From the NCBI GenBank assembly GCA_016840425.1, contig JAEOSI010000062.1:1-10193 (forward strand): a stretch of 10,193 nucleotides of DNA, read 5' to 3'. This DNA is from Candidatus Wukongarchaeum yapensis. GTDB taxonomy: Archaea; Asgardarchaeota; Wukongarchaeia; Wukongarchaeales; Wukongarchaeaceae. The position numbers and the translations under genes are program-made. This document shows positions 1 through 7,326 of the stretch, piece by piece. Below the pieces are notes generated by a model. The model saw only the letters and a program-made list of their open reading frames with translations. It had not been told where the DNA came from and ran no database searches. The stretch's first letter is position 1. Every line of letters starts with the position of its first letter.

Positions 1-2
1 CC

Positions 3-1070
3 TTATGGAACTTCCTAGGAAGAATAACGAACAGAATCCTCCGATTTCTAGGCCTAGAAGTAAAAGTTAAGCCACGATTTTTTCGAACTTTCGCCATGTT
101 CATAATCCTTATAGCTTTTAGCACTATAAGTATTCACTTTGTCGAAGAAAGATCATGGTTTGACTCTTTATATTTCACGGTCTCAACCATTTCAACCGTA
201 GGCTTTGGAGACATAACCCCCCTATCTACCGTCGGTAAAATCATAGTTATACTCTTAATAATTTTCGGCATCGCTATTTTCTTCTTAATAATAGAAAGCT
301 TGATGCAGATAGCTGTAAAAAAACGCGTAGCAGAGGTACTAAAATTGGAAGAAGAAGAGATAAAACTCGAAAACCATGTGATAGTGTGCGGTTACGGGCT
401 TTATGGGCAAGTAGTAGCAAAGGAACTGAAAACCTTGGGCGAAACAATTTTGGTCATAGATGCTGAAGAAGATAAGGTAAAAGAAGCAGAAGAAGACGAA
501 TTCGCTGCCATAAAAGGGTCTGCTATGGAAGAAAGCACATTAATAAAAGCAGAAATAGAAAAAGCTAAAGCCTTAGTAATCACGCAAGAAGATGCAGGAA
601 CGGTGGCTTTTATAGCCATAACAGCTCAGCAAATAAATCCAGAAATAAGGCTTATAGCAAGGGCAAGCAAATTAGAATACTTAGATCAGTTCCTAAAAGT
701 TGGTATCGACAGAGTAATCTCTCCAGAAGCCGTAGGAGGAAGAATGATGGCAAGAGCAGCCACAGCACCTCAATATTTCGATTTCCTAAACAGGTTAACA
801 GTAGTACCTGGATTAGAACTTGCAGAAATGAATATTGAAAAAGAAAGCGAAGCTACAGGAAAAACCTGTGGAGAGATGGCAAAACGATGCAGGGCTCACT
901 GCTTGGTATTATACAAAGAAACAGGGGAAATAATACCAAGTCCTCCCCGAGAAAACATCTTAGAGCCAGGAGACCGTGTAATCATGTTCGGTACATCAGA
1001 ACAACTCCTAAAAACCAAAAAATACCTCTCAAAACCCACAGAAGAAGAAATACCTCCCCTAAAAAAATAA
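3..1070 (+). CDS. Potassium channel protein: 2TM pore (Ion_trans_2) plus TrkA_N/TrkA_C (RCK) domains, MthK/Kch-like; probably 5'-truncated
   Basis: Pore helix and selectivity filter DSLYFTVSTISTVGFGD flanked by two hydrophobic helices. Rossmann motif VIVCGYGLYG, then a TrkA_C-like C-terminus (IIPSPPRENILEPGDRVIMFG). The frame is open from position 3 to the ATG at 96 (LWNFLGRITNRILRFLGLEVKVKPRFFRTFA-M), and Met96 lies inside the first TM helix, so the real start is probably upstream of the window. Confidence 0.93.
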   Translation, partial: LWNFLGRITNRILRFLGLEVKVKPRFFRTFAMFIILIAFSTISIHFVEERSWFDSLYFTVSTISTVGFGDITPLSTVGKIIVILLIIFGIAIFFLIIESLMQIAVKKRVAEVLKLEEEEIKLENHVIVCGYGLYGQVVAKELKTLGETILVIDAEEDKVKEAEEDEFAAIKGSAMEESTLIKAEIEKAKALVITQEDAGTVAFIAITAQQINPEIRLIARASKLEYLDQFLKVGIDRVISPEAVGGRMMARAATAPQYFDFLNRLTVVPGLELAEMNIEKESEATGKTCGEMAKRCRAHCLVLYKETGEIIPSPPRENILEPGDRVIMFGTSEQLLKTKKYLSKPTEEEIPPLKK

Positions 1071-1097
1071 CACTATGGTGCTGATATTTTTCATTTT
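1061..1097. terminator. Oligo-T tracts between the convergent K+ channel and rpl15e genes
   Basis: T7 on the minus strand (1061-1067) downstream of rpl15e; T5 and T4 on the plus strand (1087-1097) downstream of the channel. Archaeal intrinsic terminators are oligo-U tracts. Confidence 0.4.
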
Positions 1098-1669
1098 GCT
1101 CGCCCTTTATGAGCCCTTATAGAAGGGCGTACTTTTTCAGCGCCTTTACCTTTCTGCTTTAAACCTCTTGACTTCTTCCCAGCGCTAGTGAGACCACGAA
1201 AAACCCGTCCTTTATGTGACTTTTCACAAATCCAATTTATACTAGGATCACTTTTAATCACTGGATGATTCGGGTCCAGCATTATGGCTTCGAACCATTT
1301 ATATCTTCCATCCTGAGCCACAAGATAACTGTTTAAAACCTCCAAGTTAGGAAACTTCCTAGCAACACGTTCCTCTGCAATCCATTGAAGAGATTTTCCA
1401 CGAGCACCTTTTATGGTTAACTTTTTACTCTTACGCCCAGCCCTTGGTCTCGACTTCCTAGCACCGCCACGACGAACTCGCACCCTAACAACAACAAAAC
1501 CTTGCTTCGCCTTATAACCTAAGCGTCTAGCCTTATCCAAATGAGAAGGCTTTTCAACACGCTTTATAGCAGGTTCACGCCGAAAAACTTGCAATCTTTC
1601 CCACAAAAGTTTATTCCGATACTCTTCCATCTCAGGACTTTCACGAAACTTTTTAAGATATGTATACAC
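1091..1669 (-). CDS. rpl15e: 50S ribosomal protein L15e
   Basis: Hallmark motifs [62 protein letters not shown] and [20 protein letters not shown] start with a GGTGA SD (plus-strand tcacc 1676-1680). Confidence 0.98.
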   Translation of the reverse strand: MYTYLKKFRESPEMEEYRNKLLWERLQVFRREPAIKRVEKPSHLDKARRLGYKAKQGFVVVRVRVRRGGARKSRPRAGRKSKKLTIKGARGKSLQWIAEERVARKFPNLEVLNSYLVAQDGRYKWFEAIMLDPNHPVIKSDPSINWICEKSHKGRVFRGLTSAGKKSRGLKQKGKGAEKVRPSIRAHKGRAK

Positions 1670-1778
1670 TGCTATTCACCGACACTCCACAAATACATAA
1701 TTTGGATAAAAAAACATCGAAGCAAAAGAAAAGTAACAGATAAAAGTTGATAAATCTTTTCTTTCTTTCTCAGGGTTT

Positions 1779-3332
1779 TTAGAAGTGGGGTATCCTCTTT
1801 TTACCTAAGTCTGCAGGTTCTAGATTGAAAATGATTGTTTTTATTGATGTAACTTCGTCTATGCTGTAACCTAACCCTTCACGTCCAAGGCCTGAGTCTT
1901 TTATGCCTCCGAACGGGAAGTTGCCCACACCGTGAGCTGGAGCGTCGTTTATTGTGATTTCTCCGTCTTGGAGCGCTTTTGCCGCTTTCCATACGTTATA
2001 AAAGGAGTTTGTAAAGACTGCAGCATCTAGACCGTATTCTGACCTGTTAGATATTTCTAGAGCTTCATCAAGGTTTTTTACTCGGATTATTGTTATAACA
2101 GGTCCGAAGGTTTCTTCCCAAGCTATTCTGGCCTCAAGAGGCACGTTGTTTAAAACTGTTGGCTCGTAGTATAATCCTTCATATTTTCCGCCTTTTAACA
2201 GGGTTGCCCCCTTGTTTATTGCGTCTTTTACCAGTTCATCAACCTTTTTTAAAGCTTGTTCGTTTATGAGAGGGCCAACTTTTGTTTCCGGATCTCTCGG
2301 GTCGCCCATTTTCCATTTTTCAACCTCTTCAAGCACCTTTTTTACGAAGGTTTCACCTATATTTTCTTGAACCAATATCCTGCTTATTGCATCACATCTT
2401 TGACCAGCATGTTTTAAACTACCTTCAACACACTTTTTAGCTGCTAGATCTAAATCCGAGTCATCAAGAACAATTGCTGGAGCTTTTCCTCCAAGTTCAA
2501 GATGAAGATCTTTTAGAACAGCCACGGTCGATATCTGTTTCCCTGTATTTGTGTTTCCTGTAAAACTTATCATGTTGATTTTTTCGCTTTTGACAATGGT
2601 TCCTCCGACCTCTCTTCCGCTTCCAGGTATTATGTTTATCGCACCCTTAGGGATCCCTGCAGCTTCCAATATTCTTCCAAACATGAGAAGAGTTATAGGA
2701 GTATCACTGGAAGGTTTTGCCACTACAGCATTTCCTGCAAGGAGGGCAGGGATTATTTTTGCAGCTGGTATAAAAAATGGGTAATTAAAGGAACCTATTG
2801 CACCGATTACTCCTTTAGGTTCTCTTATAACCAAAGCTATTTTTCCTACAGTATCACCCACCCAGTCTCCCGGTAGGTACTCGCCATAGATCTTTCTTGT
2901 CTCTTCCATTGTTAGTCTTAATCTTTCGGCCACTCCATTGACTTCCCCTTCTGCGCCTTCTAATGTTTTACTCATTTCTGTAACAATGATGTTTTTGAAA
3001 TCATTTTCGTATTTTAATAGAAGTTCTCTTGCCTTTGCGAAAATCTCTAATCTATCAATCGCTGGTATTGCCCTGATTTTACTTTTATTCTCGTATGCTG
3101 AATCGATAGCGTTTTCAGCGTCTTTAACTGTTGCTTTAGCAACTTTAGCTATGAGAGAACCATCTATTGGACTGTAAACGTTAAAGGTTCCCCCAATATT
3201 TGAGGAAACCCATTCACCTCCAAGAAACATCTTAAAAACCGGCAAAGCATCAGGACCAGTCTCATACATGGGTTCAAAAAAACTATCCAAAACTATCCTA
3301 GGTTTTTCCCCAAGTTTTACTAAATTACTCAT
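1779..3332 (-). CDS. gapN: Non-phosphorylating glyceraldehyde-3-phosphate dehydrogenase (archaeal GAPN, ALDH superfamily)
   Basis: ALDH motifs FNYP, SFTG, ELGGK, catalytic Cys in AGQRCDAI, EETFGP and PFGGIKDSGLGREG. GEYLPGDW, GQRCDAI, YGLDAAVF and HGVGNFPFGG match, from memory, the Thermoproteus tenax GAPN subfamily. The ORF extends to a GTG at 3341, but the ATG at 3332 sits 5 nt after GGAGTGA and is the likelier start. Confidence 0.85.
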   Translation of the reverse strand: MSNLVKLGEKPRIVLDSFFEPMYETGPDALPVFKMFLGGEWVSSNIGGTFNVYSPIDGSLIAKVAKATVKDAENAIDSAYENKSKIRAIPAIDRLEIFAKARELLLKYENDFKNIIVTEMSKTLEGAEGEVNGVAERLRLTMEETRKIYGEYLPGDWVGDTVGKIALVIREPKGVIGAIGSFNYPFFIPAAKIIPALLAGNAVVAKPSSDTPITLLMFGRILEAAGIPKGAINIIPGSGREVGGTIVKSEKINMISFTGNTNTGKQISTVAVLKDLHLELGGKAPAIVLDDSDLDLAAKKCVEGSLKHAGQRCDAISRILVQENIGETFVKKVLEEVEKWKMGDPRDPETKVGPLINEQALKKVDELVKDAINKGATLLKGGKYEGLYYEPTVLNNVPLEARIAWEETFGPVITIIRVKNLDEALEISNRSEYGLDAAVFTNSFYNVWKAAKALQDGEITINDAPAHGVGNFPFGGIKDSGLGREGLGYSIDEVTSIKTIIFNLEPADLGKKRIPHF

Positions 3333-3709
3333 ACTATTCACTCCCTTTCAAAAAGCAAGAATTCGACTTACACAAGTATAATTTCTATAAAACTTAGGGA
3401 TAACAAGAACGATAATTAATAAACCTTGAGTTATCTAGAAATGGCTTAAAGCTAAACCATGCTTTTTTGTTTCTTCGTCTAATATTTCATACTTTTCCAG
3501 ATTCTTTTGCATTTTTGTCAACCATCAGTAAAATACTATCCTGCTCTTTAGTTTAATCGGTAGCATTTTTGAATTTTCGGTCTTATTCTCCTTTATATAT
3601 TTCGAAAAGAAATTTCTCACGAACTTTTTAAAATTACCAACGGTTTCTGCCTAAAAAACTAAAAAAGGCTTAAAAAGGTTTGAGTTATTATGGGGAGAGG
3701 CTGATTAAA

Positions 3710-4468
3710 ATGTGTGAACTGTTTGATTTGAAAGGAAAGGTGGCAATAGTTACGGGGGCAAGCAGAGGTTTAGGAAGGGGTATGGCGATAGGATTGGCGA
3801 GGGCAGGGGCAAATGTAGTTGTCACAGATATTTTAGACACAAAAGAAACTGTTGATGAGGTAAAAAAGTTAGGGAGAGAAGCGTTGGGAATAAAGGTTAA
3901 TGTAACCAAAAAATCAGATGTCGAGGCGATGGTTAAGCAAACTTTGGAAAAATTTGGCAGGGTTGATATTTTGGTGAATAATGCAGGTATCCTTAGAATA
4001 GAGCCGACAGAAGATATGAAGGAGGAAGATTGGGACAAAGTTTTAGCTGTTAATCTAAAAGGACAATTTCTATGTGCCCAAGAAGTTGGTAAGAATATGA
4101 TAAAGCAAAAGTCGGGAAAAATAATTAATATATCAAGTATTGCCGGTAAATTTGGTAACCCTCAATCTGCTGCTTATAACGCGAGTAAAGCAGGAGTAAT
4201 TTTGCTTACAAAAACTTTGGCCATAGATTGGGGAAAACACAACATTCAAGTTAACGCTATTTGTCCAGGCGCGTTTTATACCCCAATGACAGAAGAAAGT
4301 TTCAAAGATGAAAATCTTGTTCAAATGATAAAGACGAGTGTACCGTTAGGGAGATACGGGGAACCGGAAGATTTGGTTGGAACAGTGATTTATCTCGCTT
4401 CTGAAGCTTCAAACTATGTGACGGGTCACGCATTAGTAGTCGATGGAGGATGGACAGCAAAAATATAA
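3710..4468 (+). CDS. Classical short-chain dehydrogenase/reductase, NAD-preferring; KduD/gluconate 5-dehydrogenase-like
   Basis: TGASRGLG, acidic residue at the end of beta-2 (VTDIL), NNAG, ISSIAG, YNASK catalytic motif, NAICPG and VDGG. The ATG at 3710 follows the purine-rich GGGGAGAGG (3692-3700); the ORF track starts at a TTG at 3680. Substrate cannot be determined from sequence. Confidence 0.92.
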   Translation: MCELFDLKGKVAIVTGASRGLGRGMAIGLARAGANVVVTDILDTKETVDEVKKLGREALGIKVNVTKKSDVEAMVKQTLEKFGRVDILVNNAGILRIEPTEDMKEEDWDKVLAVNLKGQFLCAQEVGKNMIKQKSGKIINISSIAGKFGNPQSAAYNASKAGVILLTKTLAIDWGKHNIQVNAICPGAFYTPMTEESFKDENLVQMIKTSVPLGRYGEPEDLVGTVIYLASEASNYVTGHALVVDGGWTAKI

Positions 4469-4520
4469 CAATCAAAAAATATCGCTTTCTTGCCCCATTA
4501 CCAGTATCTTCAACCTATCA

Positions 4521-4536
4521 TTTTCTTTTTCTTTTT
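4521..4536 (+). terminator. Oligo-T terminator candidate for the SDR gene
   Basis: TTTTCTTTTTCTTTTT about 50 nt after the stop codon. Confidence 0.5.
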
Positions 4537-4673
4537 ATCGCTGGCTGAGGGAAAAAGGTCAGAACTTTCTTTTTTCAAGGAATTAGAAATAAGCCTGCGA
4601 ATTATTGGGGCTTTTCCGCGTAAACATCCCAATTTACCGAGGGGATAATTTACGCGTGAACTTTATATTTTTT

Positions 4674-4686
4674 GAAAGGTTATAAG
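4674..4686 (+). promoter_or_regulatory. BRE/TATA candidate for the membrane protein gene
   Basis: GAAAGG followed by TTATAAG, about 36 nt upstream of the TTG at 4722; GAGGT SD-like motif at 4714-4718. Confidence 0.4.
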
Positions 4687-4721
4687 AAAACAAACACGAT
4701 TTTTTAGGGGTTTGAGGTTTT

Positions 4722-5825
4722 TTGGAAAAAATGTCAGAAGTGTTTATGGAAATTTTTCCGAAGTACAAGTCTTTGGAAAAGGCGAAGAATAGCTGGTGGA
4801 TTGAGAAAATCTTGCCGGACCATAGTAGGACTTTTATCGTGTTCGTTGTTTCGTTTTGTCTTGGTATATGGTTGATTGGTTATGCTATCGCTCTTTCTAG
4901 TGATGTTATTGAGGGTGTGGAATTCGAATACGCGGATCCTGTTAGTGACTATTTGCGCGATCGTGAGTGGCAGTATCAACCGTTTTATTTAGCGGTTCAT
5001 TTTGTGATTTTGAGGATGTTTGGAGTTGTGTACACGAGGAACTTTGAAACCACTATTTGTCTTCTTAAAGCTAAGCCTGAGGAGATAAGTCGCCATACTC
5101 GTTGGGTTTTTGGTCATGTATCAAATTTTGGAGCGTTTTTAGCGGCTGCTGGGTTCATTTACTATGATTATAGCGCGATGCTTGAGGAAGGTTTTGGCGC
5201 CTTAACCTCCTTAGACTTTTTGATCATGTTTGTATGGGGTCTTGAGCGGGTTATTCTTGGCTATGTGATCTGCCTGATGTTGGGCACGGTATTTCTTATC
5301 TGGAAGCTTTTGAGGAGTTATTACTATTCAGCTCCTGCTGATATTGTGCTCATGGAAAAAAGGTATAGGCCGTTTACGCATTTTGCTATGGAAGCTTCCT
5401 CGCTCGTACTTTTGTTTGCTTTGGTAGACGTTGTATATCTTTATTACGCGGGCTTTTGGTTGGCAGATTTTCTCGCTTTCATGGTGTTAATTTTCTTGGT
5501 GACTGCTAGTTTTTTGGTGAGTACTTGGATAATAAAGAGCGATTTGAAGGTAGAAGTAGAGGAGCAGCTTATGGAGTTCTATAAGGAGCTTGAAGCTGCA
5601 AAAAAAGGAGTAAGCTCTTTGGATCCGGAGATACCGAAAACAGATGCAAGATGGCTTGCAGGTAACATGGATCTCATCCTAGCATTCCTTAAAATAGATT
5701 ATCTTGAAGACCAATTTCGAACCATGGCAGCGAGCGATGCAAGAATGCTGGTTTTAAGGATGCTAATACCGATTGTTGGTATAATACCGAAACTGTTGGA
5801 AGAAGGCGGCTTCACAATATTTTAA
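4722..5825 (+). CDS. Multi-pass membrane protein of unknown function (about 7 helices); candidate 7TM ion-channel superfamily member
   Basis: 367-aa ORF with six clear hydrophobic segments, a long charged helix after TM6 (KSDLKVEVEEQLMEFYKELEAAKK) and a split C-terminal hydrophobic region. Start is the TTG at 4722 or the ATG at 4731. The CDS itself is well supported; the family call is an inference. Confidence 0.85.
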   Translation: MEKMSEVFMEIFPKYKSLEKAKNSWWIEKILPDHSRTFIVFVVSFCLGIWLIGYAIALSSDVIEGVEFEYADPVSDYLRDREWQYQPFYLAVHFVILRMFGVVYTRNFETTICLLKAKPEEISRHTRWVFGHVSNFGAFLAAAGFIYYDYSAMLEEGFGALTSLDFLIMFVWGLERVILGYVICLMLGTVFLIWKLLRSYYYSAPADIVLMEKRYRPFTHFAMEASSLVLLFALVDVVYLYYAGFWLADFLAFMVLIFLVTASFLVSTWIIKSDLKVEVEEQLMEFYKELEAAKKGVSSLDPEIPKTDARWLAGNMDLILAFLKIDYLEDQFRTMAASDARMLVLRMLIPIVGIIPKLLEEGGFTIF

Positions 5826-5843
5826 ATTCTCTATTCTTTAAGC

Positions 5844-5861
5844 TTTTTTTCTTTTTATTTT
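5844..5861 (+). terminator. Oligo-T terminator candidate
   Basis: TTTTTTTCTTTTTATTTT 19 nt after the stop at 5825. Confidence 0.55.
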
Positions 5862-6038
5862 CTTGGACTATTTTTAAATTCTAAGATTGTAGTCTTTGAA
5901 GTATAAGAAGAAGATACGAGGCCGTATAATCCCAGGCTTACCTATATCAGGGGCCCCTGTCTAACCATCGAATGAAAACATTGATCCATGACAAAACTAC
6001 AAGTGTATCGGGTTAAATCATGGTTATGGTGAAGTTTT

Positions 6039-7247
6039 TTGGTTAGAAATGATTCTTTTTATGATGTTGTGATTGTTGGAGCTGGGCCTGCTGGGGCTGC
6101 TGTAGCTTTTACTACAGCGAAACTTGGCTTGAAAACGGTGATTGTTGAGCAGATGCCTGAACCTGAGCATAGGGTTCGTTGTGGAGAGTTTATGCCAGGT
6201 TTAGAAGAGATTTTTAGGATAATTCCCGAGAAGGGCGATTTCTTTTCTCTTCTTTTGGAGAGTGAAAGGTTTTCAACAAATATTACGAGGGAGATTTCTC
6301 TTGTTTCTCCTTTTGGGTATGAACGGAGGGTTAATTTTGGGGCTTATGTTATTGACCGTAGGAGGTATGTTCAGTGGATGGTGGGGAAGGCTGTAGATAT
6401 GGGAGCAGAACTTCTTCTAAACACGAGGTGTGTGCAGCTTGAAATTGGAGGAGAAGGAGTTAGAGGAGTGGTTGTAAAGAGAAAAGGAGGCGATCAGAAA
6501 GTTTTGAAGGGTAACGTTATTGTAGGAGCTGATGGAGCTGATTCCAGCGTGGCGAAACAGGGGAGCATGTTTCGAAGTTACGGGGACCTTGATTTGGTTA
6601 CTACACGCCAATATGTTATGGAGAATTTTTTGGGGGATGAGGATGTTTGTAGGATGTACATAGGGCAAGATTATAGTCCAGGTGCTTATGCTTGGATTAT
6701 TCCTAAAGGTGAGGGGACGATCAACGTAGGTACGGGAATCCGTAAACCTTATTTGCGGTCAGGGGACACTTTGAGGGGTTGTTTACAGCGTTTTATAAAA
6801 GACCATCCTCAAGCTTCAAACCTTTTAAAAGATGCTACTGTTAAAGGAGTTATATCCGCCCATGTCCCTGTAGGAGGATCTTTAGAAAAAACTTTTTGGA
6901 AAAATGTTTTGCTTGTAGGGGATGCTGCAGGTCAAGTCATTGTGCACGTTGGGGCAGGCATGCCCCCCGCGATAATAGCGGGAGAAATAGCAGGACAAAC
7001 GATAACCAAATATTTAGAAGGAAACACACCGCTTTCCGACTACGAAAAAATTTGGAAAAGCATTATGCAAAAACCCATAAAAAACGGTTTATATATACGA
7101 AAGCTTTGGGATAAGATCGCTCATAATGATAAAAAAGCTGAGAAATTTTTAAAAATTATAAGACAGGGCATGCTGGAAAAAATGATTCGTGCAAAAATAC
7201 CGATAACTGTTAGACTCTTCGCACCAATAATCACAAAAATATTATAG
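6039..7247 (+). CDS. Geranylgeranyl reductase-family FAD-dependent oxidoreductase (DGGR-like)
   Basis: FAD motif DVVIVGAGPAG, RCGE, VGADGADS, PGAYAWIIP (PxxYxWxFP-like), NVGTG and LLVGDAAG. TTG start 6 nt after a GGTGA SD (6028-6032). Confidence 0.9.
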   Translation: MVRNDSFYDVVIVGAGPAGAAVAFTTAKLGLKTVIVEQMPEPEHRVRCGEFMPGLEEIFRIIPEKGDFFSLLLESERFSTNITREISLVSPFGYERRVNFGAYVIDRRRYVQWMVGKAVDMGAELLLNTRCVQLEIGGEGVRGVVVKRKGGDQKVLKGNVIVGADGADSSVAKQGSMFRSYGDLDLVTTRQYVMENFLGDEDVCRMYIGQDYSPGAYAWIIPKGEGTINVGTGIRKPYLRSGDTLRGCLQRFIKDHPQASNLLKDATVKGVISAHVPVGGSLEKTFWKNVLLVGDAAGQVIVHVGAGMPPAIIAGEIAGQTITKYLEGNTPLSDYEKIWKSIMQKPIKNGLYIRKLWDKIAHNDKKAEKFLKIIRQGMLEKMIRAKIPITVRLFAPIITKIL

Positions 7248-7326
7248 AAAAAATAAAAAAAGGGAGGGTCTAAAAAAATTGACCTCTTTACCTCCTAAAA
7301 GCAGTCATTTTGTTCTTTGTTTTTTC
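7248..7326. terminator. Bidirectional oligo-T terminator region between the convergent GGR and gelsolin genes
   Basis: Minus strand has T-tracts (plus-strand A-runs at 7248-7261 and 7272-7278); plus strand has TTTTGTTCTTTGTTTTTTT at about 7309-7325; a weak GGTC/GACC stem lies between them. Confidence 0.5.

Noticed and set aside
401-1750. Short alternative ORFs 401-619 (-), 887-1084 (+) and 1541-1750 (+)
   Set aside because: Antisense or out-of-frame shadows of the K+ channel and rpl15e genes, with no recognisable motifs.
3525-3527. Selenocysteine recoding of the in-frame TGA in the intergenic micro-ORF
   Set aside because: No Cys-homologous or redox motif context and no recognisable SECIS.
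2551-4324. ORFs 2551-2784 (+), 2938-3177 (+), 3688-4038 (-) and 4133-4324 (-)
   Set aside because: Antisense to gapN or the SDR; composition is typical of reverse-frame artefacts.
5920-6002. Purine, c-di-AMP or fluoride riboswitch, or box C/D RNA call
   Set aside because: Only short fragments resemble these families; the required paired elements and conserved cores are missing. Kept only as an unassigned structured-leader finding.
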